A DNA stretch of 64,000 nucleotides from contig NW_027117340.1 in the NCBI RefSeq assembly GCF_038025025.1, positions 1,984,001-2,048,000 on the forward strand. The letters run 5' to 3'. This document shows positions 23,141 to 33,789 of the stretch, in pieces (the first letter of the stretch is position 1; every line of letters starts with the position of its first letter). The notes under the pieces were generated by a model, which was given only the letters and a program-made list of their open reading frames with translations, did not search any database and was not told where the DNA came from. Both the position numbers and the translations under genes were made by a program. This DNA comes from Phyllosticta citribraziliensis. Its lineage: Eukaryota.

Positions 23141-25383
23141 ATGGTTGAATCTCCAAAGAAACTGTTTGATGCAATTCTGCCGGCCAGGTTTGTCTCACCG
23201 CACGTAATGCAGCAACTGCTTTCGTCTTGTTCCAGTCGCACAAGGCTGACAGCAACAAACAAAGAGCTAATGACATTCAAGGCTCAAGAAGAACGACAAC
23301 CGAACAACCACAAGTGAGAAAGAGACGAAATCGCTGTCTCATCGACTTTTGATGCGCAATCCATCGGCAAAGCGAAAGAGGGAGAACGCTGCGAGTGAAG
23401 AGGCGGCAAAGGCCAGCAAATCAGCGCAAATGGATGCAACCACCAACGGAGGCCCCAATTCCACTTTCAAGCCGCCATTCAGTAATTCTGGAAAACGGGA
23501 CTGGCAGGAAGTGGTCAAGGAGAACCAGGATGCTTTCCAGCAATGCTTCAAGGACCCCAAGCTCCAAGAATCCGTCCAACAGTATGAAAACTCACGTGGA
23601 GAGCTCTTGAGGAATCTGGAGCCCAGGTGTTGGGACTACAAAGCCAAGACGACTGCTTCCGAAGTAGAGCTGAAGGCCGCCGGCATAGTGCGGCGAATTC
23701 GAGAAGATGAACGAATCAATCTTTTCGGCAACGTCCCATCGGAAGCAGTCCCAGGCCCGACAGCAAGAGACATGGGCGGTCAGTTCTTGACCAACAAGTC
23801 GAGGATTGAAGAAAGCAAGCTCTTTGACATAGTAAAGCATTTGCCAAAGGGGGCCCACTTGCATGCCCACTTTAACGCGGAACTCGACGTGAGTGATTTA
23901 CTCAAAAGAGCTCGCGACATGGATACCATGTTCGTCAGGGCTACACGGCCTTTGTTAGAGCCCTTGGACTATTTGGAAACAGAAATGGTATTCACTGTGC
24001 TTCCCACAGACCATCCAGAAGCGGACCCTTTCTCTAGCGACTATAATCCAGATTGGAAGTCGCCTGGAACTAATCCTTGGATGAAATGGAAAGCATTTCA
24101 GACCAAGTTTCTGGATAAACGCCCTGTAAACCTCGGAGACGTAGATGCGGAATCATGGGTGTGGGGGAAAATGGTGTTGGGCGAGGAAGAAGTTTACGGC
24201 ACAAAGCAGACGCTGAATGGGTATGTGCATGTTGCAAACCTCCGTGGAGCCAACCAACTTACTTTCATGATAGTATCTGGGCTCGATTCAACCAAGCCAC
24301 CCGCTGCTTCAAAGGCCTTTTGAACTACGAGTCCGCCTACCGTGAATATGTCCGCCTTGCCATGCTCAACATGGTCAAGAACAAAGTCATGTACGCCGAG
24401 CTGCGCCCAATGCTTCTGGACAAATCCTTGCCAACCGACGATGGCCTCGGCAAAATCGACTTGAAGCGGCAAATGGAAATCGTGACCGAAGAGATTGATG
24501 CGTTCAAGGTGCAATTGGGGGAGACTGATATCTCCAAATTCCCCTTTGGACTCAAGATTATTTACTGCACGCCTCGGTCTATTCCCAAGGAACGTATGCG
24601 GAGCGAGCTGGCGGACTGCATCGCGCTCAAGGAACATTTTCCCGATCTCATATGCGGTAAGCGCTGGCGATGCCTTGGAGTATATCAGAATCTGACTTGA
24701 GCAGGATTCGACCTCGTGGGAGCGGAAGACCGACCCAACCACATTGGCTTCTACGCCGAAGAGCTCCGTGCCTTCATGTCAGTGTGCAAGAAGAAGGGAC
24801 TCAGCATTCCGTTCATGTTCCACGCGGGCGAAACGCTGCTCGACACGGGCGGCTCTGCGTCAAACGACCCCAACTGCTCCAACTTGTACGAAGCCGTGTT
24901 ACTTAACTCCAAGCGCGTCGGCCACGGGTTTTCGCTGCTGAAGCATCCCCGCGAATTCGTCGACCAGTTCAAGGCAAACGATATTTGCGTCGAGCTCTGC
25001 CCCGTGTCCAACGAGATGCTTGGTCTGTGTCAGAACGTCAAGCAGCACCCATTCCCGGAGATTCTGGCTGCGGGCATCCCGTGTACCATCAATGCGGACA
25101 ATCCGGCACTGTTCCAGTAAGTATCCTTACCTGACACTCGACTTGAAAAGAGAAAATTTCTAACAGCGTGCTCAGAGCCAACATGTCGCACGAATTCTAC
25201 CAAGTCATGGTCGGTGATCCTACCATGAGCATTCACGGATGGCGACAACTTGCGGAGTGGAGTCTGCAGTACAGCTGTCTGGCTCCAGAGCAGGTTGAAC
25301 AGGGCTTGAAGTATTGGAGGGATTCATGGGAGGAGTTCTGTGCTTGGGTTGTGAAGACGTACGGAGACGAACAGAAGGTTTGA
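23141..25383 (+). CDS. Adenosine deaminase, ADGF/ADA2-like, multi-exon (start 23141 via intron 23188-23281, or 23352)
   Basis: LPKGAHLHAHF, YAELRP, GFDLVGAED, FHAGETL, SKRVGHG, ELCPVSNE, TINADNP. Introns near 24222-24274, 24657-24704 and 25117-25167. Confidence 0.9.
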
Positions 25384-25530
25384 AGTCAGATCGAACGCAA
25401 GTGGAACATATATCAGCAAGCAACAGTAATCTCGTATAATTGCAAGTCTCCCACATAGAAATGGATTTCAAGTTTCGCAGACGCACTCCCTATGCCAGCT
25501 TTTGTCGCTCATCCAAGGCCCCCCGATTCA

Positions 25531-26232
25531 TCACTCCTGGACTTCCACCTTTTGAAAGGTATCTGTAGAAGAAATACACGTCAGCTTAGGCAATCACTCA
25601 TCAACTACTTCGCTCGCATCCTCAAATCCTCACGACAGTATCGACTTCGATGCCCCTAGTAAAAGTCGACAGCAACTGACCTGGCATCTGTGGCATCCGA
25701 TTCGCCCTGTTCTTGCAGAAGAACTCGCCCTTTGGCGGCAGCGCCTCCGGGTCGACTAAGCTCCCCACGCACACCTAGCACGAGTAGGACTTTGCCGCAT
25801 CCTATGTCAAGTGGCCCCCACAAGCGGGGTGCTGGTCAGCTGTGCTCGCGCATACGGAAAGATACTTTGGGCGACGGCCAAGGCTGAGGCGCGGTTAGGA
25901 CGTACTCCGTACTCCAGAATGAAGCTACCGCACGTGTCGCAGTACCCGCGGTAGATGGCCGTTCCAGAGTCGTTGTCGGCTGCGTGCTCCTTGGGCTTAC
26001 CCTGGGTGAATTTGAAGGCCTCGCGCGGGATTTTGGCCTCAGGCTGTAGTTGGCGCCGAAAGCTTTCCATGGGCAAGTTAGACACGGACATGGCTCATAG
26101 GCGACGGAACCATAAGACTGACTTTGTAGACCTTGCAGTGGCAGAGCAATGTCCTTGTGTCATCGGCAGGTTGGAGGTAGATTTCATTTCGTAAGTGATG
26201 CCGCGGCAGCAGCAGCTACCCGTAAGCTTCAT
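25531..26232 (-). pseudogene. GFA / Mss4-like (CENP-V/GFA Zn-binding) pseudogene, 4 exons
   Basis: Reconstructed MKLTGSCCCRGITYE[fs]IYLQPADDTRTLLCHCKVYK/KAFGANYSL[fs]AKIPREAF...YCDTCGSFILEYG/DAAKSYSC*VCVGSLVDPEALPPKGEFFCKNR.../DTFQKVEVQE. Two frameshifts, one premature stop and a damaged acceptor. Confidence 0.8.
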
Positions 26233-26675
26233 GTTTAGGACAAGGTTGGCGTATCAGTAGCAGTAATGGAGTGAACAGTCAGGTCCGCGATCTGGAAATT
26301 CAGCCAGGACCGAGAAGACCGTCTGTGGACTGATTGCAAGAGGGTAGATTGAGGTTCCTGAGGTTGTATCTTCCATTGCTGCAACTGTGACGTCACGCTA
26401 GTGTCCACAGTCGGCAGTGAGGACTGGACGTAACCATGGCTCGGCAGAGGTAATGCCCTGGGCTATGCCGCCGAAGTCCATGGCGAGTCGCTCGACGTGA
26501 ACACGTCAGATACTCTCCAAGATTTCTGCGACCACTAGCAAGTTGACAGCTTGTTTCTTCATTGAAGAGGAGAATTTGTTCCCATTACACAAAACCAGGC
26601 CATAAATGAGTATGCGCGCCAAAACTCACATCACCATGCCACCTTACTTTTGCTTCATCTCTGATCCCTGGTATC

Positions 26676-27608
26676 TTATCCCTTCAAAGGCAGCAGGAAG
26701 TTGCCTCCAGTGTGTCCTCCCTCAGCCGTCTTGCCACCCGGCAGGTATGTGACCGATGGGTTCTTGGACAGCATGGTCGCAATCTCCTTTTGAGTCTCAA
26801 TTCTTCTGATCTGGAGCAGACCGTCTCCTGACTTGGCGACTGCCTTGCTGATGGTTTCAGCGGCCTCGGCTTCACCCTCAGCGCGGATGACGTTGGCCTG
26901 CCTTTCTTGCTCTGCCTTTTCGACGACGAAACGTGCGCGCTCCGCCTCTTGCTGCGCAATCTGCTTCTCTTCTACAGCCTTGGTGAACTCCTTGCCAAAG
27001 GTCATGTGCGTGATGGATACATCCTCGAGAGCGATGTGGAATTCTTGGGCGCGCTTGAGCAGCTCGGTGCGGATGCGGTTGGAAACGGCCTCACGTTGAG
27101 TGATGAGCTCGGCGGCATCGAATTGGGCGACGATGGCCTTCAGAACTTCGTTGCCAATCGAGGGAAGAACACGCTCGTCGTAGTCTGTGCCAAGGCTCTA
27201 ATGTTGCATTGTCAGCGAATGAGTCCGAGAGTATCCAAGCCCACTTGAGATTGGATTTGCATATTGCTTCGCGTGACAAGATCGTACCTGGTAGATTCTG
27301 GGCAACATCCGAACTTCAGGCCTGTGCAGCACTCTGAGCGTCAAGCTCACCATCTGCAGGTCCTTGCTACCAGTTGTGGTGGAGATATTCCTTGGCTTTG
27401 TGCGCACATCGTAGACGATAGATCTTTGCACCCATGGGATGAGGAAGTGTGTGCCCTCATTGACCACCGTCTCTTTCACACCCTGGAACCTGTCGAAGAT
27501 GACTGCGCGGGTGCCGCCTCGGACGTCGTAGATGGAAGCTTGGGCAACAGAGAGTGCAACGAAGCCGGGAATGGCCCACTTGTAGGCTCGCTGCATCAGA
27601 GCCTCCAT
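26676..27608 (-). CDS. PHB1: Prohibitin 1, 2 exons
   Basis: [69 protein letters not shown]. Confidence 0.96.
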
Positions 27609-27932
27609 TGTTGCGGATGTTGCGGCGGGTTGCGGGGATGTGGTTGGAGAGCAGCGGCGGCGTGGAGGCGTGGAGGCGTGAGGTGATGCGTAGATGGAAG
27701 CTTCGTCCATGTCCAGTACCGACATCTCTTCGCGGAGATCGCGCGCGCCGACGGCCACGTGACGCCAAGACTGGATTGCTTCATCCGCGCTGCGATTCGG
27801 TGGACCTGGACTTGAACATTGCAGAAGACATCCGAACCCAACCTCTCTCCCTCGCCCTGCTGTGTCGCCAGCAACAACCAACCTCAACCTTCTCCCAAAC
27901 CTCTTCAAACTACACGTCTCGGCTTCGACACA

Positions 27933-28512
27933 ATGGGTGGCGGTGAAAGATTGCCTGGCCAGTACGTCCTCCTCGCCTCCAAGCTGCGCTTTGAAAATGC
28001 CGCGCATGCCACCAGTTTCATCCGGAAGAGCTAACACGCTGCGCGTCATAGGTACATGGGAGGATGGGGTGACTTTGGTATGCGATTCTAACCCTCCATG
28101 CACTCTCGAGTGTCCGATATCCACGTCCGCTCGACTTCTTCTCCTTGCGCCGAACTCGCAACACTCAACCTTCTGGGCCTGTCAATGGCTGACGCAAGTC
28201 CTCAGGCTCCCCTGCCCAGAAGGGCGTCAGCTCGTACGGTCTCTCCATGAACCGTCAGCGGGCCCTCGGTGGTGCGTTCCACAACGCCATCTTCAACACC
28301 TTCCGCCGTACCAGGCAGCAGATTCTCTTCTGGGCTCCTTCGATGGTTGGTGGATACTTCCTCATGCACTGGGCAATTGAGAGGTGAGCATAGAACCCTT
28401 GGCTCAGACCAGGCCACATCGTGGAGCGTTGTTGGCTAACCGACTCGTCCGCTTTAGGAACGAATTCCTGAACTCGAAGGAGGGCCGTGCCTTGTACGCC
28501 GACTCTGAGTAG
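27933..28512 (+). CDS. QCR8: Ubiquinol-cytochrome c reductase subunit 8, 4 exons
   Basis: Spliced manually: MGGGERLPGQYMGGWGDFGSPAQKGVSSYGLSMNRQRALGGAFHNAIFNTFRRTRQQILFW...ERNEFLNSKEGRALYADSE. It is absent from the ORF track because of the introns. Confidence 0.93.
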
Positions 28513-29210
28513 GCTAGTCGCGGATAGGGTCCGGAAAAGATGATTTCGTTTCTGTCCGTTTTGAGCCGTGTACAAAGCCTCGAAGATTCCGATAGAATTA
28601 CACCTCACCCAAGACATCTGCTTTTTCTACGATACATCAAATACCTCAAAGTGAAAGACATCATGCAATGCAGGCTGGACTCCCCGCAAATGATTTGTAG
28701 CTTCTCCGGCATTGTACTTGAATTCAGACCCGCATTCCTTGCGCGCTCAATCTCGACAAATGCCAGTCAAACAGAAATGCTCACTGGAAGGATTTGACTC
28801 CTGGTGTGTTTTATGCACAGAATCATAATCCTGTTGTATTGTGTGCCTGCCATAGGTCACTGACTGACCCGGCTGCCTGTGCATTCAGTCTAGAGCTGAG
28901 CTGTGGAGGAGTCCAAACGTCCAAACCCTCGTGTCCCTTGTCGGGGACTGCAATGCGGCCGTTTTCAATCCCTCGAAGTTGCCCCGACTCTCCTTTTCCC
29001 AGCACCACTCGCTGAAGCTTTTCAGCCCAGGAATTTCGGGGTCCACTTGCGTCCGTCTCGCCGGCCGTGGCTCTCTTGGGGTTGGCGACTTGGGACAGCA
29101 TTCAGTTGCCCTAAAGATTGGCGCTGCAGCTGAGCGCTGCCCCGGCCATCCTGGACCAGCGGATTGGGGCGGGTATCTCAGTGTATGCCGTAGCTATCCA
29201 GCTGGGGTTT

Positions 29211-29886
29211 TCAGAATGGTTTGGCTACTTTCCGGCTCTCGGTCAAGCCCGTCCTTGGATCCCTGAATTCTTTCCAGCTGATCGGATACATCTGATTTTC
29301 GGCTTCACTCTTCGCCATGATGACGCCGTACTCGTTTGATGCGGTAGAGAGGTAGTAATTGGACTGGTCGCCGAGTGAAATCTGTTCCAATGTTCAGTGG
29401 CTAAGTACTCATAGGGAAGGGCCTGCGACTTACCACAATACCACGCACGATGTCTCCAACGCGGAAGCACTCCCCCACCTTCACGCGGTCCTTCTCTGTT
29501 GCCCTGATGTCGTCCTTCCTGATGATTCCCTGAAAGCCATCACGACAGACCGTCTCCCCAACAACCAGTATCTCTACTGTTGCTTGTCTAGGCGTAAGTC
29601 GTGTCACGCGCGCCAGGACGACTGAATCAACCTCTGGGAGTACATTTGCAGCTCCCGCACCGGCAAGAGATGACTTGGAGGAATCAGAGGGGCGCGCGAC
29701 AGACAGCGAAGGCAGGTTCGTGTTGTTGCTGGCGTTGGCGGCGCGCTTGAGAGGCTTGGTTTCGGAGACCGGGCCTAGAAGCGACGCGTAGAGACCGGAG
29801 CCGTGGATGTGTGTTCCTGGTCCGGGGGCATATTTGTCGGCAGGACCAAGCGACTGGCCTGGCAGACTCAATGCGGGGCTCGACAT
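29211..29886 (-). CDS. CSL4: Exosome cap subunit Csl4 (S1 domain), 2 exons
   Basis: LPGQSLG, GPGTH, VLARVTRL, FQGIIRKDDIRATEKDRVKV..FRVGDIVRGIV/ISLGDQSNYYLSTASNEYGV...ESRKVAKPF. Confidence 0.94.
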
Positions 29887-30116
29887 GGCGTCGTGGTTTG
29901 GCGATGGTGTTTGGCGACGAGTAGAGGAGCTGTAGCTGTGTGGTCGACCAATTGGAAGCGACCCGACTTGAATTGAACTTTTTGTGTCACGTGTGAGCGG
30001 CTTTAACTCTTAACCCCGTATGACGTCTTTCCTTTTCGGTGACCGATCCGATTTCCCGCCAGCTCCCCGCACCAGTCTCGTCCTGCACCATCTCAACCAC
30101 TGCCGCGATTCTCCTC

Positions 30117-31175
30117 ATGAACTTCCTCGCCTCAATTGCCAAAAGAACTTCTATTCAAGCAGCCTCCCGTATCAGTTCTAGGGTACTGGCACTTTCAATT
30201 CCAATGGCGCAAGCAAGCTCGGGCTGACCAAAGATTAGACTCCGTTTGCCCGAACCATGCATGTCCAGTCGATCCCGATGTGTAGGTTGGCCCCAGATTT
30301 ACAGGCCACCAAGGTGCTCGAACTGATTCTTGGCCAGGGGAGGGGACGGGCAATAACTATGCCTACCTCATTTCCGACGACAAGACGAAAGAAGCTGTCA
30401 TCATTGACCCCGCAAATCCCCCAGAGTAAGCATCTATTTGATCCAGAGGGGTTTCCAGCACTGACGAGTATTCAGAGTTCTTCCTGTCCTGAAGGACCAA
30501 ACCGAAAGCGGCGCAATCAAGCTTTCCAAAATCATCAACACGCATCACCACCATGACCATGCCGGTGGTAATGGAGAGATTCTCAAGCACTTCAAGCTTC
30601 CGATTGTAGGCGGCAAGGACTGTGCGCACAAGACACATACTCCAGGCCACAAGGAGACCTTCAAGATTGGCGATGGCATTACGGTTACCGCTCTCCACAC
30701 TCCTTGCCATACACAGGACAGCATCTGCTACTTCTTTGAGGATGGAAGCGAAAAGGTTGTCTTCACAGGAGACACACTCTTCATTGGTGGATGTGGACGC
30801 TTCTTCGAGGGCACTGCTGCGGAGATGCACAAGGCCTTGAACGAGACGCTGGCCGCACTTCCAGATGATACGAAGGTGTACCCTGGACACGAATACACAA
30901 GAGGAAATGTGGCATTTGGCAAGAAGGTTCTGCAGAATTCTGCCGTACAGAAGCTCGACACCTTCGCGCAGCAGAACAAGGAGACTCAAGGCAAATTCAC
31001 GATTGGAGATGAAAAGGTGAGAATGGATACTAATCGGAAGGATAACACAGCTGACAGTCTCCAGCAACACAACGTTTTCATGAGGGTGACTGACCCCGAG
31101 ATTCAACAAAAGGTCGGAAAGACTGATCCTGTTGATGTGATGGCGATCCTTCGCGAGATGAAAAACAAGTCGTAA
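30117..31175 (+). CDS. GLO2: Hydroxyacylglutathione hydrolase (glyoxalase II) with upstream mitochondrial-presequence exon; second ATG at 30257
   Basis: NNYAYL, IIDPA, NTHHHHDHAGGN, HTPCHTQDSIC, FTGDTLFIGGCGRFFEG, YPGHEYT, HNVFMRV. Confidence 0.94.
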
Positions 31176-31235
31176 AAGTAGTTGAACTACGCTTCTTTCC
31201 TGCTAGTAGCCCCAATGACTTGAGGCTGGGGATTT

Positions 31236-31727
31236 ACGCGTATACTACTTCCTGAACAGACCCGCCGAGAGGCAGTGCCATGAATGCTTCTACCACGTGT
31301 GTATCGAAGACCAGACTCGAGGATGAGCATGAGTGCTTCCTGCCATTTGCGCATCGGAGAATAGATTCTTGAGGATAAAGTTGAGTTCTTCCCGCCATGC
31401 TACGCGTGGGTTAGAGCATGCATACTTCCTCCCACGCGCGGCCAAGAGCAGACCCGCCGGGGAGCAATGTGAATGCTTCCCGCCACGAGCGTATTGAAGA
31501 ACAGACAGACTCGGAGGGTAGAATGAATGCTTCCCGCCACACGTGGACAGGACCAGAGCCGGTGAGGAGGTGCACGCATGCTCCCGCAACGCTTCAAAGA
31601 ACAGACTCAAGGAGCAGCACGAATGTTTCCTACCATGCCACCTGGGGGCAAACCCATGAATGCTCCCGCAACGCTTCAACGAGCAGGCCCGAGGAGCAGT
31701 ATGAATGCTTCCTACCATGCCACGCGT
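31236..31727. promoter_or_regulatory. Three MCB boxes (ACGCGT) upstream of the BRCT gene
   Basis: ACGCGT at 31236, 31402 and 31722; function is inferred only. Confidence 0.45.
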
Positions 31728-31800
31728 AGGCAAACCCATGAATGCTCCCATCGATCCACCACATATAAATTCACTTCGTCTGGTCTTGAACGCTTCCATC
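31236..31800. repeat. Degenerate minisatellite-like array, about 12 units of TGAATGCT(T)CC(C/T)RCCA at 37-54 bp spacing
   Basis: Cores near 31281, 31330, 31382, 31419, 31470, 31524, 31575, 31620, 31657, 31702, 31739 and 31787. An 82-bp higher-order duplication spans 31575-31656 and 31657-31738. Confidence 0.85.
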
Positions 31801-31864
31801 GAGCTGCAACACGTGCAATACCAGCCCCGGGCGGCCGTTGCTTCCTCTCGAGCACTCTTTCTCT

Positions 31865-32135
31865 CTCACCACCGCACCACCGACCCAGGCGCTGTCAGTA
31901 TAAAATCCACCACACCCGGCCTTCTCTTCCTCTCACAAACACTCCACTCCATCCTCCACATAAGGTCTTCCCAACTCATCCAGCCTCGGTCGCTGCTTCC
32001 TCTCAGACGCTCCTTCCCTCCCATCACCGCACTAGGGCGCCATCAGTATAAACTCCCCTCCACTCACCCTCCGCTCCCTCTCCCAAGCACTCCACTCCAT
32101 TCGCCACACAACATCTTCCCAACTCATCGAGCTTC
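31865..32135 (+). repeat. Tandem duplication (offset about 148 bp) of a TATA-containing core-promoter-like unit
   Basis: CACCGCAC, CAGTATAAA (31896, 32044), CACTCCACTCCAT and TCTTCCCAACTCATC each occur twice in the same order. Confidence 0.8.
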
Positions 32136-32158
32136 ACTGTGATCTGGACCTCAACAGC

Positions 32159-33789
32159 ATGAGGAACCCTCTCAAAGGTCTCGTCATCGCCGCCAGCGGC
32201 GGGTTTGGCAAAGATCGGAGCCCTTGCGCAATGAAGAGATGGGTTGAAAACAACGGTGGCAAGTGGTCGACTGTCATCAACGACGAGGTCACCCATCTGA
32301 TTGCGGATGAGGCTCACTGGAAGGATGAAAATCCATTTGGTGAGTTCACTTTGTGCTGTCTCCCCCCGCCATTCTCACCTCTGTTCTTTGACAAATCTGT
32401 GGCACACATCAAGGTACTTACATTTTGGGCAGTCAAAGACGCAAAGACCAGAGGCAATATCCACATTGTGACGTGGGACTGGCTTGATGACAGCTTGGCA
32501 AAGCAGTGGCCCTATGCTCCAAAGAAGTACCTATGGACGACCGTCGAAAAAGCGGGAAAGATCACCAAGAGCACCAGAAAGAAGGAGGAGGAGGAGAAGA
32601 GCGAGGAAGGTATGTCTACCTACCTTTGTTGATTTCATCTCGGTTCAAGTTTTGGCGTTGTTACTAATACATCACAGTGAAAGCCTTCGAGAAGGGCGCA
32701 GCAGCAGCCAAGCGTGACCTCCAATCCGGTACGTCTGAAGAGTCTACGTCTGAAGAGTCGTCAGCAGGCGAAGAGATGGACAAGGACAGCGGAACGAGCA
32801 AAACCCGGGGCAGAGGCCGGGGAGGAGGGAGAACAAGAGGCAGAGGCGCAGGCAGAGGCAGAGGCAGAGGTGCAGGCAAGACTGGACAGAAGAGCAATCC
32901 AACGACGGAAACTCTACCAGAGCGCACCTCGGACGACGAATCGCTATCACGCGAATCGAGGCCCAAAACGCCCTCGCCCTCACGCTCCTCTTCCCCTACT
33001 CGACCCCTCGATTCTGCTGTCCGCAAACTGGAAGCATTCCGCGCTGCCGCCGCTGCTCAACGCGCCGAAGTGCTCAATCGAAAGATCCGCTCTAACCTTT
33101 CATCTGCTTCTCCCTCAGATAACTACCACGTTTACGTCGACCAGACGGGCTTCCCGTACAACGTTACGCTAACGCGCGTCAACGTCCTCGCCAACACATC
33201 CGAGCGCATTGAGCTCTCTCTCTACGAAAGCGACTCTGCACCGATCAAATTCCATGCCGTCCACATTGCCTACAACGGGCCCAACGGAGCCGAGGAAAAA
33301 AAGATCCTGGTCAACCCTGGTGCTGACTTCGACGACTGTTACCAGATGTTCCGTGCAGCGTTCAAACGCGTCTGCCTGATCCCATGGGAGGATCGACTTC
33401 TTGAATTCAAGGTGCATTACAATCGCTTCAGGGAAAGGGAGATGCACAATCGGCGGCGCATGGAGATGGATCGGTTCGGCGAAACGTTCACGACCAACGA
33501 GGGCGAGGACGATCTTGACGATTTTGACGATGAAGGAGCATTCGTTGGTGACAACGGCAGGAAAAGGAAGAGGAGAAAGAAGAACAATGCGAATGACAGC
33601 GACGACGAGCGCGAGAGGGTTGTCAAGAGGTTGTCACCTGAAGACATCAAGGCCTGCGAGGTCCGTCCCTTCAAGTACGCTCCGCCAACCAAGGGTAAGC
33701 CGTTCGGCATGGTACCGGGATTCAACGTCGTGGTCGGTGGGGACGATATGAAGGCCGACCAGGAGTTCCTCACGATAGCCAATCTTTAG
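32159..33789 (+). CDS. BRCT-domain protein with RG repeats and C-terminal WGR-like domain, 3 exons
   Basis: BRCT: LKGLVIAASG...GGKW..VTHLI...IVTWDWLDDSL; introns 32340-32432 and 32610-32677. Also YHVYVDQTGFPYNVTLTRVN...LYES...FKRVCLIPWEDR and an NLS-like RKRKRRKK. Confidence 0.85.

Noticed and set aside
28800..29200. GC-rich segment considered as RNase P/MRP RNA or a 92-aa ORF
   Set aside because: The conserved P4 helix motifs were not found and the ORF has no recognisable features.
31236..31800. CRISPR-like repeat-spacer appearance
   Set aside because: The genome is eukaryotic, the cores are short and degenerate, the spacers are related to each other, and there are no cas genes. It is a minisatellite-like array.
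31290..32142. ORFs of 100-170 aa across the repeat array
   Set aside because: Repeat-derived peptides (MNAS/MNAP) switch frames between units, consistent with non-coding repeats.
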